Of a stretch of DNA of 64,000 nt, positions 39,302 through 52,320 are shown one piece after another (the first letter of the stretch is position 1; each line of letters starts with the position of its first letter). This stretch comes from Octopus sinensis (Eukaryota): NCBI RefSeq assembly GCF_006345805.1, contig NC_042997.1:114080001-114144000 (forward strand), written 5' to 3'. The notes beneath the pieces are model-generated. The model saw only the letters and a program-made list of their open reading frames with translations. It was not told where the DNA came from and ran no database searches. Made by a program: the position numbers and the translations under genes.

Positions 39302-39705
39302 TTCTAATATAAGGATAATATTTTATCTGTAGCCAGCATATAAAAATACCTTTTAAGGTAAAATTTATAAACAATTATAAGTAAGTGCTTGCTACAGAAT
39401 TTCTGTTTAGATATATTTGGGGTACTTAAATGTACTCATGACTTTGCATCTGCTTTTTCCATGGTTGTATGTAAGTTTTCCATTTATTTCTTATCGTATT
39501 TCTCACTGACGAAGGAAGAATCATTCAGGATTAATCCAGAAATTGGTCTGATTCGGGAATAACGAATTTTAAAAATTTCTGTTGGCTTGCTTTCCTCATG
39601 CCGTGTATTTATAGTGAAAAATATTGTATATGGTTATACAATATAAAGTCTATTTTTCAGCATATTGGCATGGAAATTTTTTTTTGCTCTTATTTATAAT
39701 TATAT
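39300..39705 (+). mobile_element. Short (TA)n-embedded element with a hammerhead-like core (possibly Penelope-like-element derived)
   Basis: CTGACGA (39506) - hairpin - GAAA (39539) - TTGGTC; bounded by TA repeats. Confidence 0.45.
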
Positions 39706-39714
39706 ATATGTTTA

Positions 39715-40030
39715 TTCAGGTTCAATGGCTTGGTGGTTAGAGCATCAGGCTTTCATTCAATTCCTGGACTGGGCTGTGTGTTGTGTTCTTTGAGCCAGGC
39801 ACTTTATTTCACACTGTCCAGATCACTCAAATGTAGAAATGAGTTGCGATGTTCCTGATGCCAAGCTATATTGGCCTTTGTCTTTCCCTTGGATAACATC
39901 AGTGGTGTGGAGAGAGGAGGCTGGTATGCATGGGCAACTGCTGGTCTTCCATAAACAACCTTGCTTGGACTTGTGCCTCAGAGGGGAACTTTCTGGGTGC
40001 AATCTCATAGTCATTTGTAACTGAAGGGGG
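39715..40030 (+). mobile_element. tRNA-headed SINE family D-related copy
   Basis: ggttcaatggcttggtggttagagcatcagg head; ttgagccaggcactttatttcac domain shared with 14560-14660. Confidence 0.7.
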
Positions 40031-40745
40031 TCTTTGCTCTTTTTTACTTTTACCACCCCTGAACATTCTTTTTTTTTTCTCTCTAGCCATACACTCTTCT
40101 TTTTCTCCTTTACTTTGTTATAATGTTGCCACGTTGTTTGTTTGTCCTTCTGCCACTTCCTCCCTTACCTATTGTTAATGGTATCGTCACTACTATGATG
40201 CAGACACAAATAAGTTTAGAGTAATGGCAATGGTCAAAAAGTACTTATGTCTGACACAATTTCGATTGTGTGTCCTATTACTAGGAGACATGATGTTATT
40301 GCTGTTCATGTAATTGGTTTGATAACAATAGTCAGCCATAATGGGACTTACTTTCATGGGCTTTGCATGTCACCCCCATCTTAGAATAGTCTCTCATATA
40401 TATATATAATAATTCACTTATTTCAGTCATTAGACTGTGGCCATGCTGGGGCACCACCTTGAGGAATTTTTAGTTGAATGAATCAACTCCAGTACTTTTT
40501 TAAAGCCTGGTACTGATTTTCTAAACTGCTAAGTTGCAGGGACATAAACACACCAACAGCGGTTGTCAAGTGGTGTTGGGTGACAAACACCACACACATG
40601 TGTATACATATTATGGGCTTCTTTCAGTTTCTACCCATGAAATCCACAAACAAGGCTTCGGTCTGCCCAAGGTGCCATGAAGTGGGACTGAACTTGGAAC
40701 CATGTGGTTGTGAAGCAAGCTTCTTACCACGTAACCATACCTACG

Positions 40746-40779
<34 letters not shown>

Positions 40780-40789
<10 letters not shown>

Positions 40790-40845
40790 AAATAATTAAA
40801 GGGCGGGCAGCCTGCTGCCCGCCCTTTAATTATTTTCACTATATA
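40780..40845. repeat. Perfect palindrome, 32-bp arms, 2-nt spacer
   Basis: tatatagtgaaaataattaaagggcgggcagc-CT-gctgcccgccctttaattattttcactatata. Confidence 0.95.
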
Positions 40846-40980
40846 CTGAACTTTCCAGAAGTTCCTGACGATGAATTTGTCATATTTACATACCGGGATT
40901 TTACCGGTAAATAATTGTTGGTTATATGAAAAACCACTGAAAAATTATTTACCATTTTTATTGTATATATATATATATAT

Positions 40981-41748
40981 ATATATATAAACGGCAGTTT
41001 GTCTGTCTGTGTGTCTGTCAGGTTGTACCCTCACCCTGACCACGGTTTTCAACCGATTCTGATGAAACTTGACACACACATAGCCCAATGTCATAATTCA
41101 AAACTAACGCAGCGAAAATTTTGAAAAGTTCCCCCAGTTCTGAAAAAAAATCGATAAATTCGACATGGGTCGAGAATCTAAGCTTTTTATATGCAACACA
41201 TTTTCTACAGACTGTCTAAGGAACGCAACTCGACCTTTTTAACTCTCGGAACACATGGGGTAAGTATCCCAAAATGTATAAAAGTGTACAAAAATTGCAA
41301 AAAAAGCGGGCAGCAATGTGAGTGACAACAACGAAAAAGTCAAAAGTGACCAAACTGAACAAACGAATGGAAAAGGTTTTTTGATGCACACGACAAAGGC
41401 AGTTTATGATAAACCAAGAGTTTGCAAGTAGCATCCGAGGACCCTTAGGGTACGTCAAAAATTTAAGGTAAAACGTTCGGGGTGGTAGTTATAAAGAAAG
41501 TGTAAACAAAACAAGTATTTGAATAACTTGCGGCTGTTGGGGGTAAAGTCTCGAATGTAATTTCTTCCTGGTAGGAATTGGTTGGGTTGAATTATCGATA
41601 GCTGTTTGATAGTTATTTGGGAGTGAAGAGAAGACATTGCAACCTACACATGCGCCTTCGTTCCCTAGAGGGAAAGGACTAGATTGGGATTAGTCGTTGC
41701 CTACTAGGGGCTTTTACATACCCGGGCAATGCCGGGCTATGCTGCTAG
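40981..41748 (+). mobile_element. Non-autonomous Helitron-type element
   Basis: 5' (TA)n-aaacggcagtttgtctgtctgtg; 3' hairpin cccgggcaatgccggg, then CTAG (41745-41748) followed by T; 5' TC obscured by (TA)n. Confidence 0.75.
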
Positions 41749-42177
41749 TATATATATAATCTCGTTGCTATTATGCTAAAGTGTCGTAAGGCCAAAATGT
41801 TGCTTTTTCAGAAAATACAAAAATAGTTTCACCATTCCATTTCTTTTTACATTAGCAACAGTTTCATCCTAACAATAATACTTTGTTGCGGGCATAAAAT
41901 CGTAACTCCATGCATGTGTGATATTTTCAGTCAGAAACTGTTATATGTGGGACTTACCACACTTGAAAAATGCTAAGCCGTTGTACTATGCTTTGACAAT
42001 TTTTTTTATCTGAAGCAGCTGGAGATATGATAGGTTGACCAAAAGAACCGACTATTACAAGCAAAATTTGGACATATGACAGTTTTAACAAATTACCAGT
42101 AATGTGTAGTTTACTGTTCTGGTATGGTAAGATTAAGAGAAAAGTACTCCATCGAATGAGAGATAAATATCATTATT

Positions 42178-42237
<60 letters not shown>

Positions 42238-42499
42238 TACATACATATACACACACACACACACCTGTGTTAGTTACATCTATGTGGAAATGTAACCTAG
42301 ACTTTTATGACTGCTTGTAGAACTGAAAGAAAGACATGGCTGCGTTAATTGTAAGCTAGGACCAAAAGCTAAAAAAAGATAATCAAATATATTTAATTAT
42401 TTGACATTGATTAATGTCACGGTTTGCTAATTTGAAATTACATGTGTCGAGCAGTGTTGAATATCAATTGATGATGTTTCTTCTAAATACATTATTGCC

Positions 42500-43092
42500 A
42501 TGTTCCACTTTTAGAAACCTTATTGCTGTGATCCAGTTATAAACTACATTGTTGTAGTGTTTTAGTTCTAAATACATCATGTTTAATTTGTAAATATGTA
42601 ATTGTAGTGTTCTGCTAGTTAATATGACAGTGTTCCATTTCTAAACATGGTTCTGTAGTGTTCCATTTCTAAACATGTTTCTGCAGTGTTCAGCTTCTAA
42701 ACACATTGTAGTGTTTCATTTGTAAATATGTTATTGTGTTCTACTTGTAAATATAAGTTCCAATACTAAACATGTTTTTGTTGTTCCATTTATAAACACA
42801 TTGTCCAAAGTGTTCCATTTTTACTCTTTTTATCATAATTCTGTTGAAATGCATTGGCTTTCTTTCAATTAGTTTTAAAAATAATGAAGAGTTTAATAAA
42901 ATAATTTTGTCTTAATTTCTGTTCCAAACAAGATTAATAACCATGAAATTATGCTGGAAGAGTGAACAAGAAATTAGTAACATAGAACCAGGGGCAGGCT
43001 GGGTGGTGTCAAAAAGTTAGATACGTCATTGAAGTGTTCCACTGCTAAACACATTGGGTTCCACAACTAAATACCATATTGTAGTGTTCCAG
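42500..43092. repeat. Degenerate 25-28-bp minisatellite (gtagtgttccatttctaaacat...), interrupted at about 42830-43020
   Basis: More than 10 divergent units sharing a GTGTTCCA core. Confidence 0.75.
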
Positions 43093-43094
43093 CA

Positions 43095-43272
43095 TGTAAA
43101 AAGCACCCACTACACTCAAGGAGTTGTTGGCATTAGGAAGGGCATCCAGATGTAGAGACACTGCCAGATCAGACTGAAGCCTGGCACAGCCTCCTGGCTT
43201 CCCAGACTCCGGTTGAACCGTCCAACCCATGCTAGCATGGAAAAAAACGAACGTTAAGCGGTAATTATGATG
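43095..43272 (+). mobile_element. RTE 3' UTR fragment
   Basis: Family motif. Confidence 0.8.
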
Positions 43273-44236
43273 ATAGTGTTTGACTTTTAACTACATTATT
43301 TTCACGGCTAATGTTTTGCTTGTTAGTACTGTGTCCTGAAACATAATTGCCATAAGTTTAGAACTCTTGTCCTCTCAAATACTAGTATCGGCAATCATCA
43401 AAATTCTTCAAAGTGGTGCCTCAGCATGGCCGCAATCCAATGATTGAAATGAGTAAAAGACACTATGGCTATATTATTTGGGAGGTAATGAATTAAGATA
43501 TGGTCATAAAGCACTTACTAACAACAGAACCATTTACACAAATACAGACTGTTTGAAGCTTGCTTTGTATTGCAACAAATACCTAATATCTAAATGAAGC
43601 TATTTTTACAACACAAAACTCAAACGTACTAAAGGATATGATGTAACTGCCTTCCATTGTTATGTTAATAACAGTAGACTTATGTGAGATCACGAGAGTC
43701 ATGTGCATGTGTGTGTACTGGCCTGTTGTAAAACAGCTCTGCTTTTAGTATAAAATCTTGCTAAAACGACTTTGTTATTCGACAGCTTGTGAAGTGTGAA
43801 ATACGTGTTTGGTTGCTTATTGACTTCTTGAAATTATGGATTACAACAATTTTCACACTTGAGAAGTTACTGTAATCAACTGTTTTTAATATGAATCAAC
43901 TCTCCTATGTTAGAGGATAATTCTACTCAGGCCTTTTGATAAATTTATTATCCTGTTTGATAGATATCTTAGACTTATGAAGCCAGATGAGAGAAGATAA
44001 AGTAGATTTATTTTTATTATGTGTGTGAGACAGAGCAGCTGGTTACTCTGATGAAATAAGAGTGGCCTGAAATTACCAAAGAGGAAGCTGAAGATAGTAT
44101 TGTGTGCTATTCAAGATCTAAAAATTTCATTGATTCTAAATATCTTTTACTTGTTTCAGTTTTGGGACTGTGGCCATGCTGGGGCACTGCCTTGAAGGGT
44201 TTTGGATATGCAGAGAAACACCCCAAAACAATACTG

Positions 44237-44283
<47 letters not shown>

Positions 44284-44415
44284 TTAAAATGAGGGTGAAA
44301 AATTGGATATTAATTTGATAACATAAATTTTAACACCAGTGGTCTAGCATATAAAAAAACTGAGATTCAGTAAATAGTATTTTATACATTCCCTCTTATA
44401 TTTATATATACAGTG

Positions 44416-44590
44416 ACACGTAAAAAGCACCCACTACACTCACTGAGTGGTTGGCATTAGGAAGGGCATCCAGCTGTAGAAACACTACCAGATCAGACTG
44501 GAGCCTGGTGCAGCCTCCTAGCTTCCCAGACCCTGGTCGAACCGTCCAACCCATGCTAGCATGGAAAACAGATGTTAAATGATGATGATA
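44416..44590 (+). mobile_element. RTE 3' UTR fragment
   Basis: Family motif. Confidence 0.8.
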
Positions 44591-45236
44591 GAGTTAGATA
44601 TTTTCTCTGTAGCCACTCAACCAGTCCTCATACTGGTCTATACAATTGAAATGTTAGTGTAAGTTGTGTTAATTAACTATTTCCAAATTTACATCATACT
44701 CTTGTTAAGTTCTATGCTAGGAGCATGGAGCTTATACAAGAGCATGAAGTAGATTTGGAAATAGTTAATTAACACAACCTGGGATGAATTATTAAAATCA
44801 ATAGCAACACATGGCAGTTTAAATGAAAATAGCAACAAGTTTGCTTCTGTTAAGCAGAAACTATGACAAAAATGGCAAGTAAAAGCCACATCTATATAGT
44901 TGATAGTTTCTTTTTGCTAAAGAAAAACACATTTCTTACAAAAATGAGTTTTTGTTTCTGTGCGTGCATGAAAAAAAAAAAAAAAATTAGTTACATATAT
45001 GGCAATATAGTTGTGTGTGAAGAACTGACAAAATTCTAATTCCAAATTTTCAGAAAATGGTATTTGGTGTAATTCAACAAGTAAATGGATGAATCCATTT
45101 ACATTGAGCTATTTTCTTTATTCACTTAATTGACACATGAGAATGAACTTGCCATATTTACTCATGTATTAGTTGCACCCCTAATTTAGCGCTAAATCTT
45201 GCTACTAAGTATTTTCCTCTTTCTTCAAACCTGCTT

Positions 45237-45367
45237 GCCAGCATGGGTGCCTTTTACGTGACGCTAGCACAAGTACCTTTTACATGATGTCATCATGGGT
45301 GCCTTTTATTTGATGCCAGCACGGGTGCCTTTTACGTGGCGCCAGCACGGGTGCCTTTTATGTTACA
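45237..45367. repeat. Five tandem 26-bp units (gccagcacgggtgccttttacgtgnc)
   Basis: Direct inspection; related to the RTE-UTR internal repeats. Confidence 0.8.
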
Positions 45368-45775
45368 TTATTGCATAATAAATATCTATGGCTATGGTTT
45401 CATATCAGCCATTAAATAATTTGGTATTGCCTTAAATAGTACCATGACTTGTAATTATTGGGTGGATGCCTTACATGGCACTATTACTTGTAGAGTTTGT
45501 TATTAGGGGTTTCCTCATCATTTGAAGAGTTTCAGCAAATAACTGCTGACCGTTTTAGAAATCAAACCAACTTCAGCACCTTTTTAGAGGATGTGATAGG
45601 AGATGGGCAGAATCAGGGAAGGGTTTATGATAAAACATTAAGCAAGCCTTGAGTGACCTCACTCTAAATTATAGAATATTTGTGTTCAAAGCCAGAGATT
45701 AAATATCTGGTGCTTTTGATGTCAGTGGGTGACATCAATTCTGATATATTCAATGTCTCAGTAATCAAACAGTTT

Positions 45776-46087
45776 AACCCTTTCGTTACCATATTTTTGT
45801 TGAAATACACTGCTTTTGTCTCAGTTACTTTTGAAAACAACAAAGAATTTGGTTAAATAACTTTACCATTATGCAGCTGGTATTTTGAACATAAATTGAG
45901 GTGAAATTTGGTGATGTAAGGTTTTTATTGTATTTCTGTTAATTTTGAAAATGATAAAGAATTTAGTAAAGCAACTATTATCAATATGTTTGGATCATAA
46001 ATTAACATGAAATTTTGATGAGGTTTTAATTTAGCTTGCCTCAAAGTAGGAAACTTGTCTCATAGAACAAGGTGTGGTCAAAAATGG
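45776..46087 (+). mobile_element. Old piggyBac-type MITE
   Basis: TTAA|ccctttcgttacc start; aaaagggctaa end; internal similarity to 38152-38358. Confidence 0.65.
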
Positions 46088-46148
46088 GTTGGTTTTAAAA
46101 GGGCTAAGTGTCCAGCACACAAAACTGCAATTCATAATATATTCCAAA

Positions 46149-46544
46149 TCTCTCTCTATATATATACAGCTGAAGTTGTCTGTGTATGGCAGGTTTGGTA
46201 GTTTTCAACTAACACTATCTCCTCCAAGACCCTGTGGCGCAAGTTGACCAAAATTGAGAGTATGATAAAAGAAGGCTTGCTCTTCTTTCCTTAGAAGAAA
46301 AAATTCAAATCGGACCATGTTAACACCAAAAATTATTTACATCAAAAAGGTGCCTTTTTTCTATGAAAATCCCTATTTTTTACGATTTTTATTTTTACTG
46401 CTGTGTCGCCATTTTTTGGTGTATTTCAACCAGAAATATGTTCACTTAAAGAGAATAACAAGCTACATAATGCTTCAAAATTTCCAAAAATTCCAATTCT
46501 AAAGGGCCGAAACAAACCTGAGCAACACTGGGCGATACTGCTAA
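46149..46544 (+). mobile_element. Non-autonomous Helitron-type element
   Basis: A|TC...tatatata start; 3' cctgagcaacactgggcgatactgCTAA|T (decayed CTAG). Confidence 0.7.
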
Positions 46545-47414
46545 TCTAACTATAAAATCAGAAATTTCTCTGACTTGTGAAATGTTCTTTCTAAAAGAAC
46601 ATTTGGTGAACTGAAGGAACTAATTTCAACAAAAGGTTCTCTCACACTCTGGCAACACATAGAATAATGGGCTGATTTCGGCTCAGCTGATCTCAGTACA
46701 ATTTTATTCATAAACTATTAATGAAAAAACATTGCTTTTAGTCATAGCAAATTATTAAAAATAAAACAGAAATACAGCCAGAAAGAATGAGAAGACCAGA
46801 TTCTTTGAAGAAACAAGAAGAGTAAACAAATTTTTTTCTTTCTTTCTCATTTTCAACATGTTTTCTCGTTTCTTTGAAAAGCCCTCCCCCAAATGTCAGG
46901 ACTTACCCCCCTCTTCTCATGACACTAACTTATCTTTATGGATTTTATTAAATACAGCAAATGTATTTGTGATCTTCCAATATTTTAAACACCAACATTA
47001 AAGATAATGCGATTTATAAAATATTAAGTAGTATTATAATATTAAAAATAATAGCCAATAGTGTTTCTGTGTCAATATACTTGCCTGAAATAATAATAGC
47101 TTAAAAAAAAATTGATAACCAGTGCTAGATAATATAAAAAGTTACTTTCACTACCAATCGATTCAATATTTTAAAGAATTAGTATAAGCAAAGAATAAAA
47201 ATATAACTTTCCAACATAAGAGATAAAATATACAGAGAACAATTGGTGATAGATCTTGTCAACTGAGAGAGAGAGAGAGTGTTTGTTTGTTGAAGGTGTC
47301 ATGTGAAAGCAATGTAGGCATTTGGTAGAGAAAAACTAATTTGTGCCAAAGATTAAAAAAAGAAATTACTTAACATTTGCTTTGTTATTTTGTTATTGTT
47401 GCTTATCTCTAGCT

Positions 47415-47713
47415 CTGTGGTTCCCAAACTTTTTCGGACTACTGCCACCTTGTCACCTAGGCCACATTCCTAGCACCTCCACCCCAACTAACCACCACAT
47501 AGACCTCTTTCTGAAGTGAATTCAAAGCAATTGTACTTCACAAATAAAACTTAACCTAATGAACCCATTATTTTGTTGTTTTTATATTAATCGCTACCCC
47601 ATTATCACCCCACATTTTACATGAATTGCTACCCAATTATTGCCCCACTTTTTTTCAACATCCACTTGAAACTGCCCCCAGGAGGGCAATACCACTCACT
47701 TTGGGAACCACTG
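47415..47713. mobile_element. hAT-type MITE with perfect 8-bp TSD CTCTAGCT
   Basis: TIRs ctgtggttcccaaa / tttgggaaccactg; TSD at 47407-47414 and 47714-47721. Confidence 0.88.
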
Positions 47714-48422
47714 CTCTAGCTCAATCCTGATTGAGCAGGCATTCCAGCAATGACCATCTCAAATCTTTTTGACAACCCCACCAAATCCTGTTAGCCTCCC
47801 TTCAGAAGTTTTACCTGTGTTCTTTGTCCTTTAGGAGCCTGACCAAGGCATTTCTTTGTCTTATCTCTTGTACATGACACAACTTTATTTGCTTCTACTC
47901 TCCCATCTCTTCAATGTTTTTAGACTTACTTTTCATCATATCAATGGCAGCTCTGAAATTATCTGAAACAAGCCTGTCATGCATGCATGTGTGTAATAAT
48001 GTATGTCCTGTGGAGTACCTCAGCCACTTGCATGTTAATCTCATGAGCAGGCTGTCCCATTGATCAGATCAAGTGGAACCCTCATCGTCATAACTAATGG
48101 AATGCCAATTTAGTTTGTGTATGTGTCTCATTAGTTAACAAGAGATGTCCTTCATTTCCAATATTTTGTTAAAAAAAAACAACCCAAAAACCTAACTATG
48201 GAGAAGTATCACCTTACTTGGAAATGACTGAAGATTGGTGACAAGAAGGGTATCAGGCTGGAGAAAATTTGCCTCAATAAATTCTATCTAACCTATGTGA
48301 ACATGGGAAACTGGATTTCAAATGATGATGCTACAAATATTTGTGGATGTATATGTGTATAAAGACACACACATACAAATATGCTTATATCAGCATGGGT
48401 TGGCAAACCAGAACATTCAAAG

Positions 48423-48783
48423 CAGGCATGTGCTGTCAGTAATTACTCAGGGTAGGCAGTTGGTGACCTTTATGTAGTAAAACACACAAAAAAATAAGTG
48501 AAACACAGGTGAGCGATTGAATTGAAGGCAGTGTTGTAGGAGTGTATGCAGCACATGTACTACAGCAGTACTATGTGTAGTTTTAATACTGAAATTGAAG
48601 GACAAGCGAATTATGCCTACCTAATCTACAAAAAAAATGAAATATTTTGCATTTCATGCATAGTAATCAGAGTAATCTTCATAATTTTGTTGAATTAGGT
48701 TCATATTTTGCCATAAATAGAAATTGTTGCTATTGATCTATTTGATTCAAGTAGGCAGTGCCTACCTTGGCAGCACATCCCTG
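48423..48783. mobile_element. hAT-type MITE (second family), copy 1
   Basis: TIRs caggcatgtgctg / cagcacatccctg; flanks attcaaag and atttaaag (7/8 match). Confidence 0.8.
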
Positions 48784-49718
48784 ATTTAAAGAGAAATACC
48801 TTCTGTTATTAATTTCCCACTAAGCTATCAAGTAAAACCCTTGAGTATGATGCTACAGCATGGCCGCAGCCCATTGGCCAACATAAAAACAAAAACACCT
48901 AGATATCTAGGATGCTTTATAGAAATATTCAATCAGCCTCAGTACTTGATCGATATTTTATTTTATTGATCCTAGAATGATGAGAAGCAAAGTTGGTCTC
49001 ACTGGGATTTGAAATCAAAATGTAAAGGGGTGTAATTTAATACTTCAGGCATTTCATTGGATGTTCTCTAACGATTCTGCTCATTTAGTTGAAAGGTACA
49101 ACAGGTCATGTGTTTAGTGGAGGTTAGTTGATCATCAAGTATGCAACATCTCAAGAGATGCTAGCAGCACAGCTGAACATTATTAAACCATCTTTAACAG
49201 TTATTAGAACTTATTTCATGTTAATTCATATTCCAAACACTAGCTTGATAACGAGTTATTTTACTAAATTCATCATAATTTTCAAATTCAATTAATGCAA
49301 AGGCAGTCATATTTCAACAGAAATTTGATAATGATTTTCATCATCATCATCATCATTAACATCCTCTTTCCATGCTGGTATGGATTGGATAGTTTGACAG
49401 GAACTGGCCAGCTGAAGAGTTATCCAAGCTCCATGTCTGTTACGATATGGTTTCTGTGGCTGGATACTCTTTACAGTGTGTACTGGGTGCTTTTACACAG
49501 CACTGGCATGGGTATGTTCATGTGATACCCGTATGGGTGCTTTTTACTTGGCACCAGTACCCATGAGCTTGCAAAGTTAACGATGCCCAGCTGGAGAGAG
49601 ATGCAGGGGACAAGCCTGTATGCAAGGACAACCACACTTTTACTTAGCTTCATGTGCCTTTTCAAGCACAGCAAACCGTCAGGACTTTTAGCCATAGTAT
49701 TACTTCTAGACTACAGAC

Positions 49719-50149
49719 CAGGCACATGCCATCAGTAATTATTCAGGGTAGGCAGTTGGTGACCTCTATGTAGTAAAACACAAAAAATAAGTAAAACACA
49801 GGCACACGACTGAGTTGAAGGCAGATTTGCTTCTGCCTTTATAGCAGGTAAAGTAAACAGTGTTGTAGGTGTATAGGCAGCACATATACTACAGCAGTAT
49901 TATGCGTAGCTTAAATACTGAGATTGAAAAGCAGGGGCGAATTATGCCTACCTAATCGACAAAAAAATAAAATATTTTGCATTTTATGCATAATAATCAG
50001 AGTAACCTTCATAATTTTATTGAATTAGGGGCATATTTTGCCACGTGAGGAGAATGTTGATATTGGATCTATTTTTATTCAAGGTAGGCAGTGCTTACCT
50101 CACCTACCTAGGCAGTACCTACCTTGCCTACCTAGGCAGCATGTCCCTG
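49719..50149. mobile_element. hAT-type MITE (second family), copy 2, perfect TSD CTACAGAC
   Basis: Homologous to 48423-48783; ctacagac at 49711-49718 and 50150-50157. Confidence 0.88.
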
Positions 50150-50305
50150 CTACAGACTTAGCTTAAATTTTTCATTTTTGTATCATATTCCATGGATTTC
50201 TTTTACATCATCTTTTTAAATAGAATGAATGTGGGTTTTTCCCTGTGGTTTTATACTCTAGTATCTCTTCATAGTTATTGGCTGAAATGTTATTTCCTTA
50301 TTCAG

Positions 50306-50372
50306 GATGTACCTTACTTTGATGAGCTTCCTTTCTGCCAACCACCCCCTACTGACATAATCTACATTGTGT
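50306..50372 (+). CDS. Candidate internal coding exon (DVPYFDELPFCQPPPTDIIYIV), product unidentified
   Basis: Acceptor gttatttccttattcag|, donor |gtaaga, only one open frame, not recognisably repeat-derived; no homology recognised. Confidence 0.4.
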
Positions 50373-52320
50373 GTAAGATCCAATTTCTGTGAATGTCAAA
50401 CTAAACAATTGTCGAATCAGTGAAATATGCGTAACTCTTTAGCATTTAAACTACCTATATGCAGATGAAATATTTTACCTGTTTTATGTTCAATTTAGGA
50501 CAGATCTAATCTCTCACACCTACGCTACAATGTCATTCTACAAATAAACAATCACATCATTAAAATCTCAAAGCTATGAGATAATACATGATTAATTCAA
50601 AAGTGTGATTAAATAAGCATTACATTTGACAAAGTAACTGGAATGATAAAAGGTTAATAATTGAAAGAAAAGAAAATAGGAAAATGAAAAACATAAGAAT
50701 AATGATTTTAGTGTCCAAGCAATCATTAGTACATCCTGGTTAAGAAAACAAATTGTATCCCTCTGCATTCCCAAGATTTACAGGATGCACACATTTGAGC
50801 CAATAAAAATTAGAAATATTTTGTCTGTACATTAAATTATCATGGCTAAAATAATATGATTGAGTGTCCGGTTGTCATAGGTCAATAGATATGAAAGTAA
50901 GGTAAGAGACTTCACTTCCAACTTCGCAAAACTATTTGACCCATAACTAAGAGAAGCTATTGGTGTGTTGAGTTTATTCAGATAATGTCCATTTTTCTAT
51001 GCTTGCATGGGTTGGACAGGAACTATTTGAGGTAGGATTTTATAGCTGAATGGTCTTCCTGCTGCCAGCATGACCAGTTTTGCAAGTAAAAGATGTTTTT
51101 TTTATTCTACAGGTGTTTTGGAATCGCAGATAACAGATTGTGATGTGTATGAATGCATGCACACATACACACACTTGGCTGACTTTCATACAGGTTCATC
51201 ATCATCATCATCATCATCGTTTAACGTCTGCTTTCTGTGCAGGCATGGGTTGGATGGTTTGACTGAAAACTGGTAAGGCAGGGAGCTGCACCAGGTTCCA
51301 ATCTGATTCGGCAGGGTTTCTATGGCTGGGTGCTCTTCCTGATGCCAACCATTCCAAGAGTGTAGTGGGTGCTTTTTAATGTGCCACCGGCATGGGTGCC
51401 ATTGATGTGACACTGGCATTAGCCATGACTGCAATCTCACTTGGCAGGTCTACACAAGTATGGTATATCACTAAAGACCTTGATCACCTGTTACTGCATT
51501 GGTTGGCTCAGGGCTATAGAAGATGCTGTGCTGTGGGACTGAACCTGAAACTATGTGGTTGTGAAATAAGCTTCTTAACCATAATGCTATACTTCTAGTT
51601 TGAGTAACATTCAGTTTAAAAAGAACACTGATGTAAGAGGGATCCTATGAATATTTGATTAGAAATAATATTTAAGCTGTTAATCAATCATAAGAGACTT
51701 AGTTTTTTTTTTTTTTTTTTTTTTGCAATGCTATAAAAAGATCTTACGGCAAAGAATGATTTTCAACAAAACTATCATTATTATAATTGGCCAGGCAGTT
51801 CTAATATAAATTAATCTATTAATTGGAAGGACTGTGGAGAACTGGAAATGGTTAAGTAGAAGCTTAAATGTCTTAGAATGTATATATTTTATCTTTTACT
51901 TGTTTCAGGCACCACCTTGAATGGTTTACTCGAAATAATTGACCCCAGCGCTTATTTTTAAAATCTGTGTGCTTATTTTGCAGGCCTCTTTTGCCTCACT
52001 GCTAGTTTATGATGACATAAACCATCAACTGTTGTCAAGCGGTTGTGGAGGACACACATTCATACATGCACATACATATATACGACAGTTTCCGTCTACC
52101 AAATCCACTCACATGATTTTGGTCAGCCCAGGGCTATAATAGAAGATACTTGACCAAGGTGCTACACAGTGGATCTGAACCTAAGACAACATTGTTTGCT
52201 TTTGGCTGAAGACTTGGCTGTATGGTGAAGATGTTCATTTCACAACCCTTGTAGTTCCTAGGTTGAGTCTACTGAACTACATGTCATGTATCATAGTCAT
52301 CATCGCCATCACCAGTATAG

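Noticed and set aside
44048-44085. CTGATGA...GAAA as a hammerhead
   Set aside because: No stem II pairing and no cleavage triplet in register
45237-45367. CRISPR-like array
   Set aside because: Contiguous tandem units without unique spacers, in a eukaryotic context, and related to RTE UTR repeats
45507-45652. Protein-like open frame VSSSFEEFQQITADRFRNQTNF...
   Set aside because: Only a moderate acceptor and no good donor; no recognised homology
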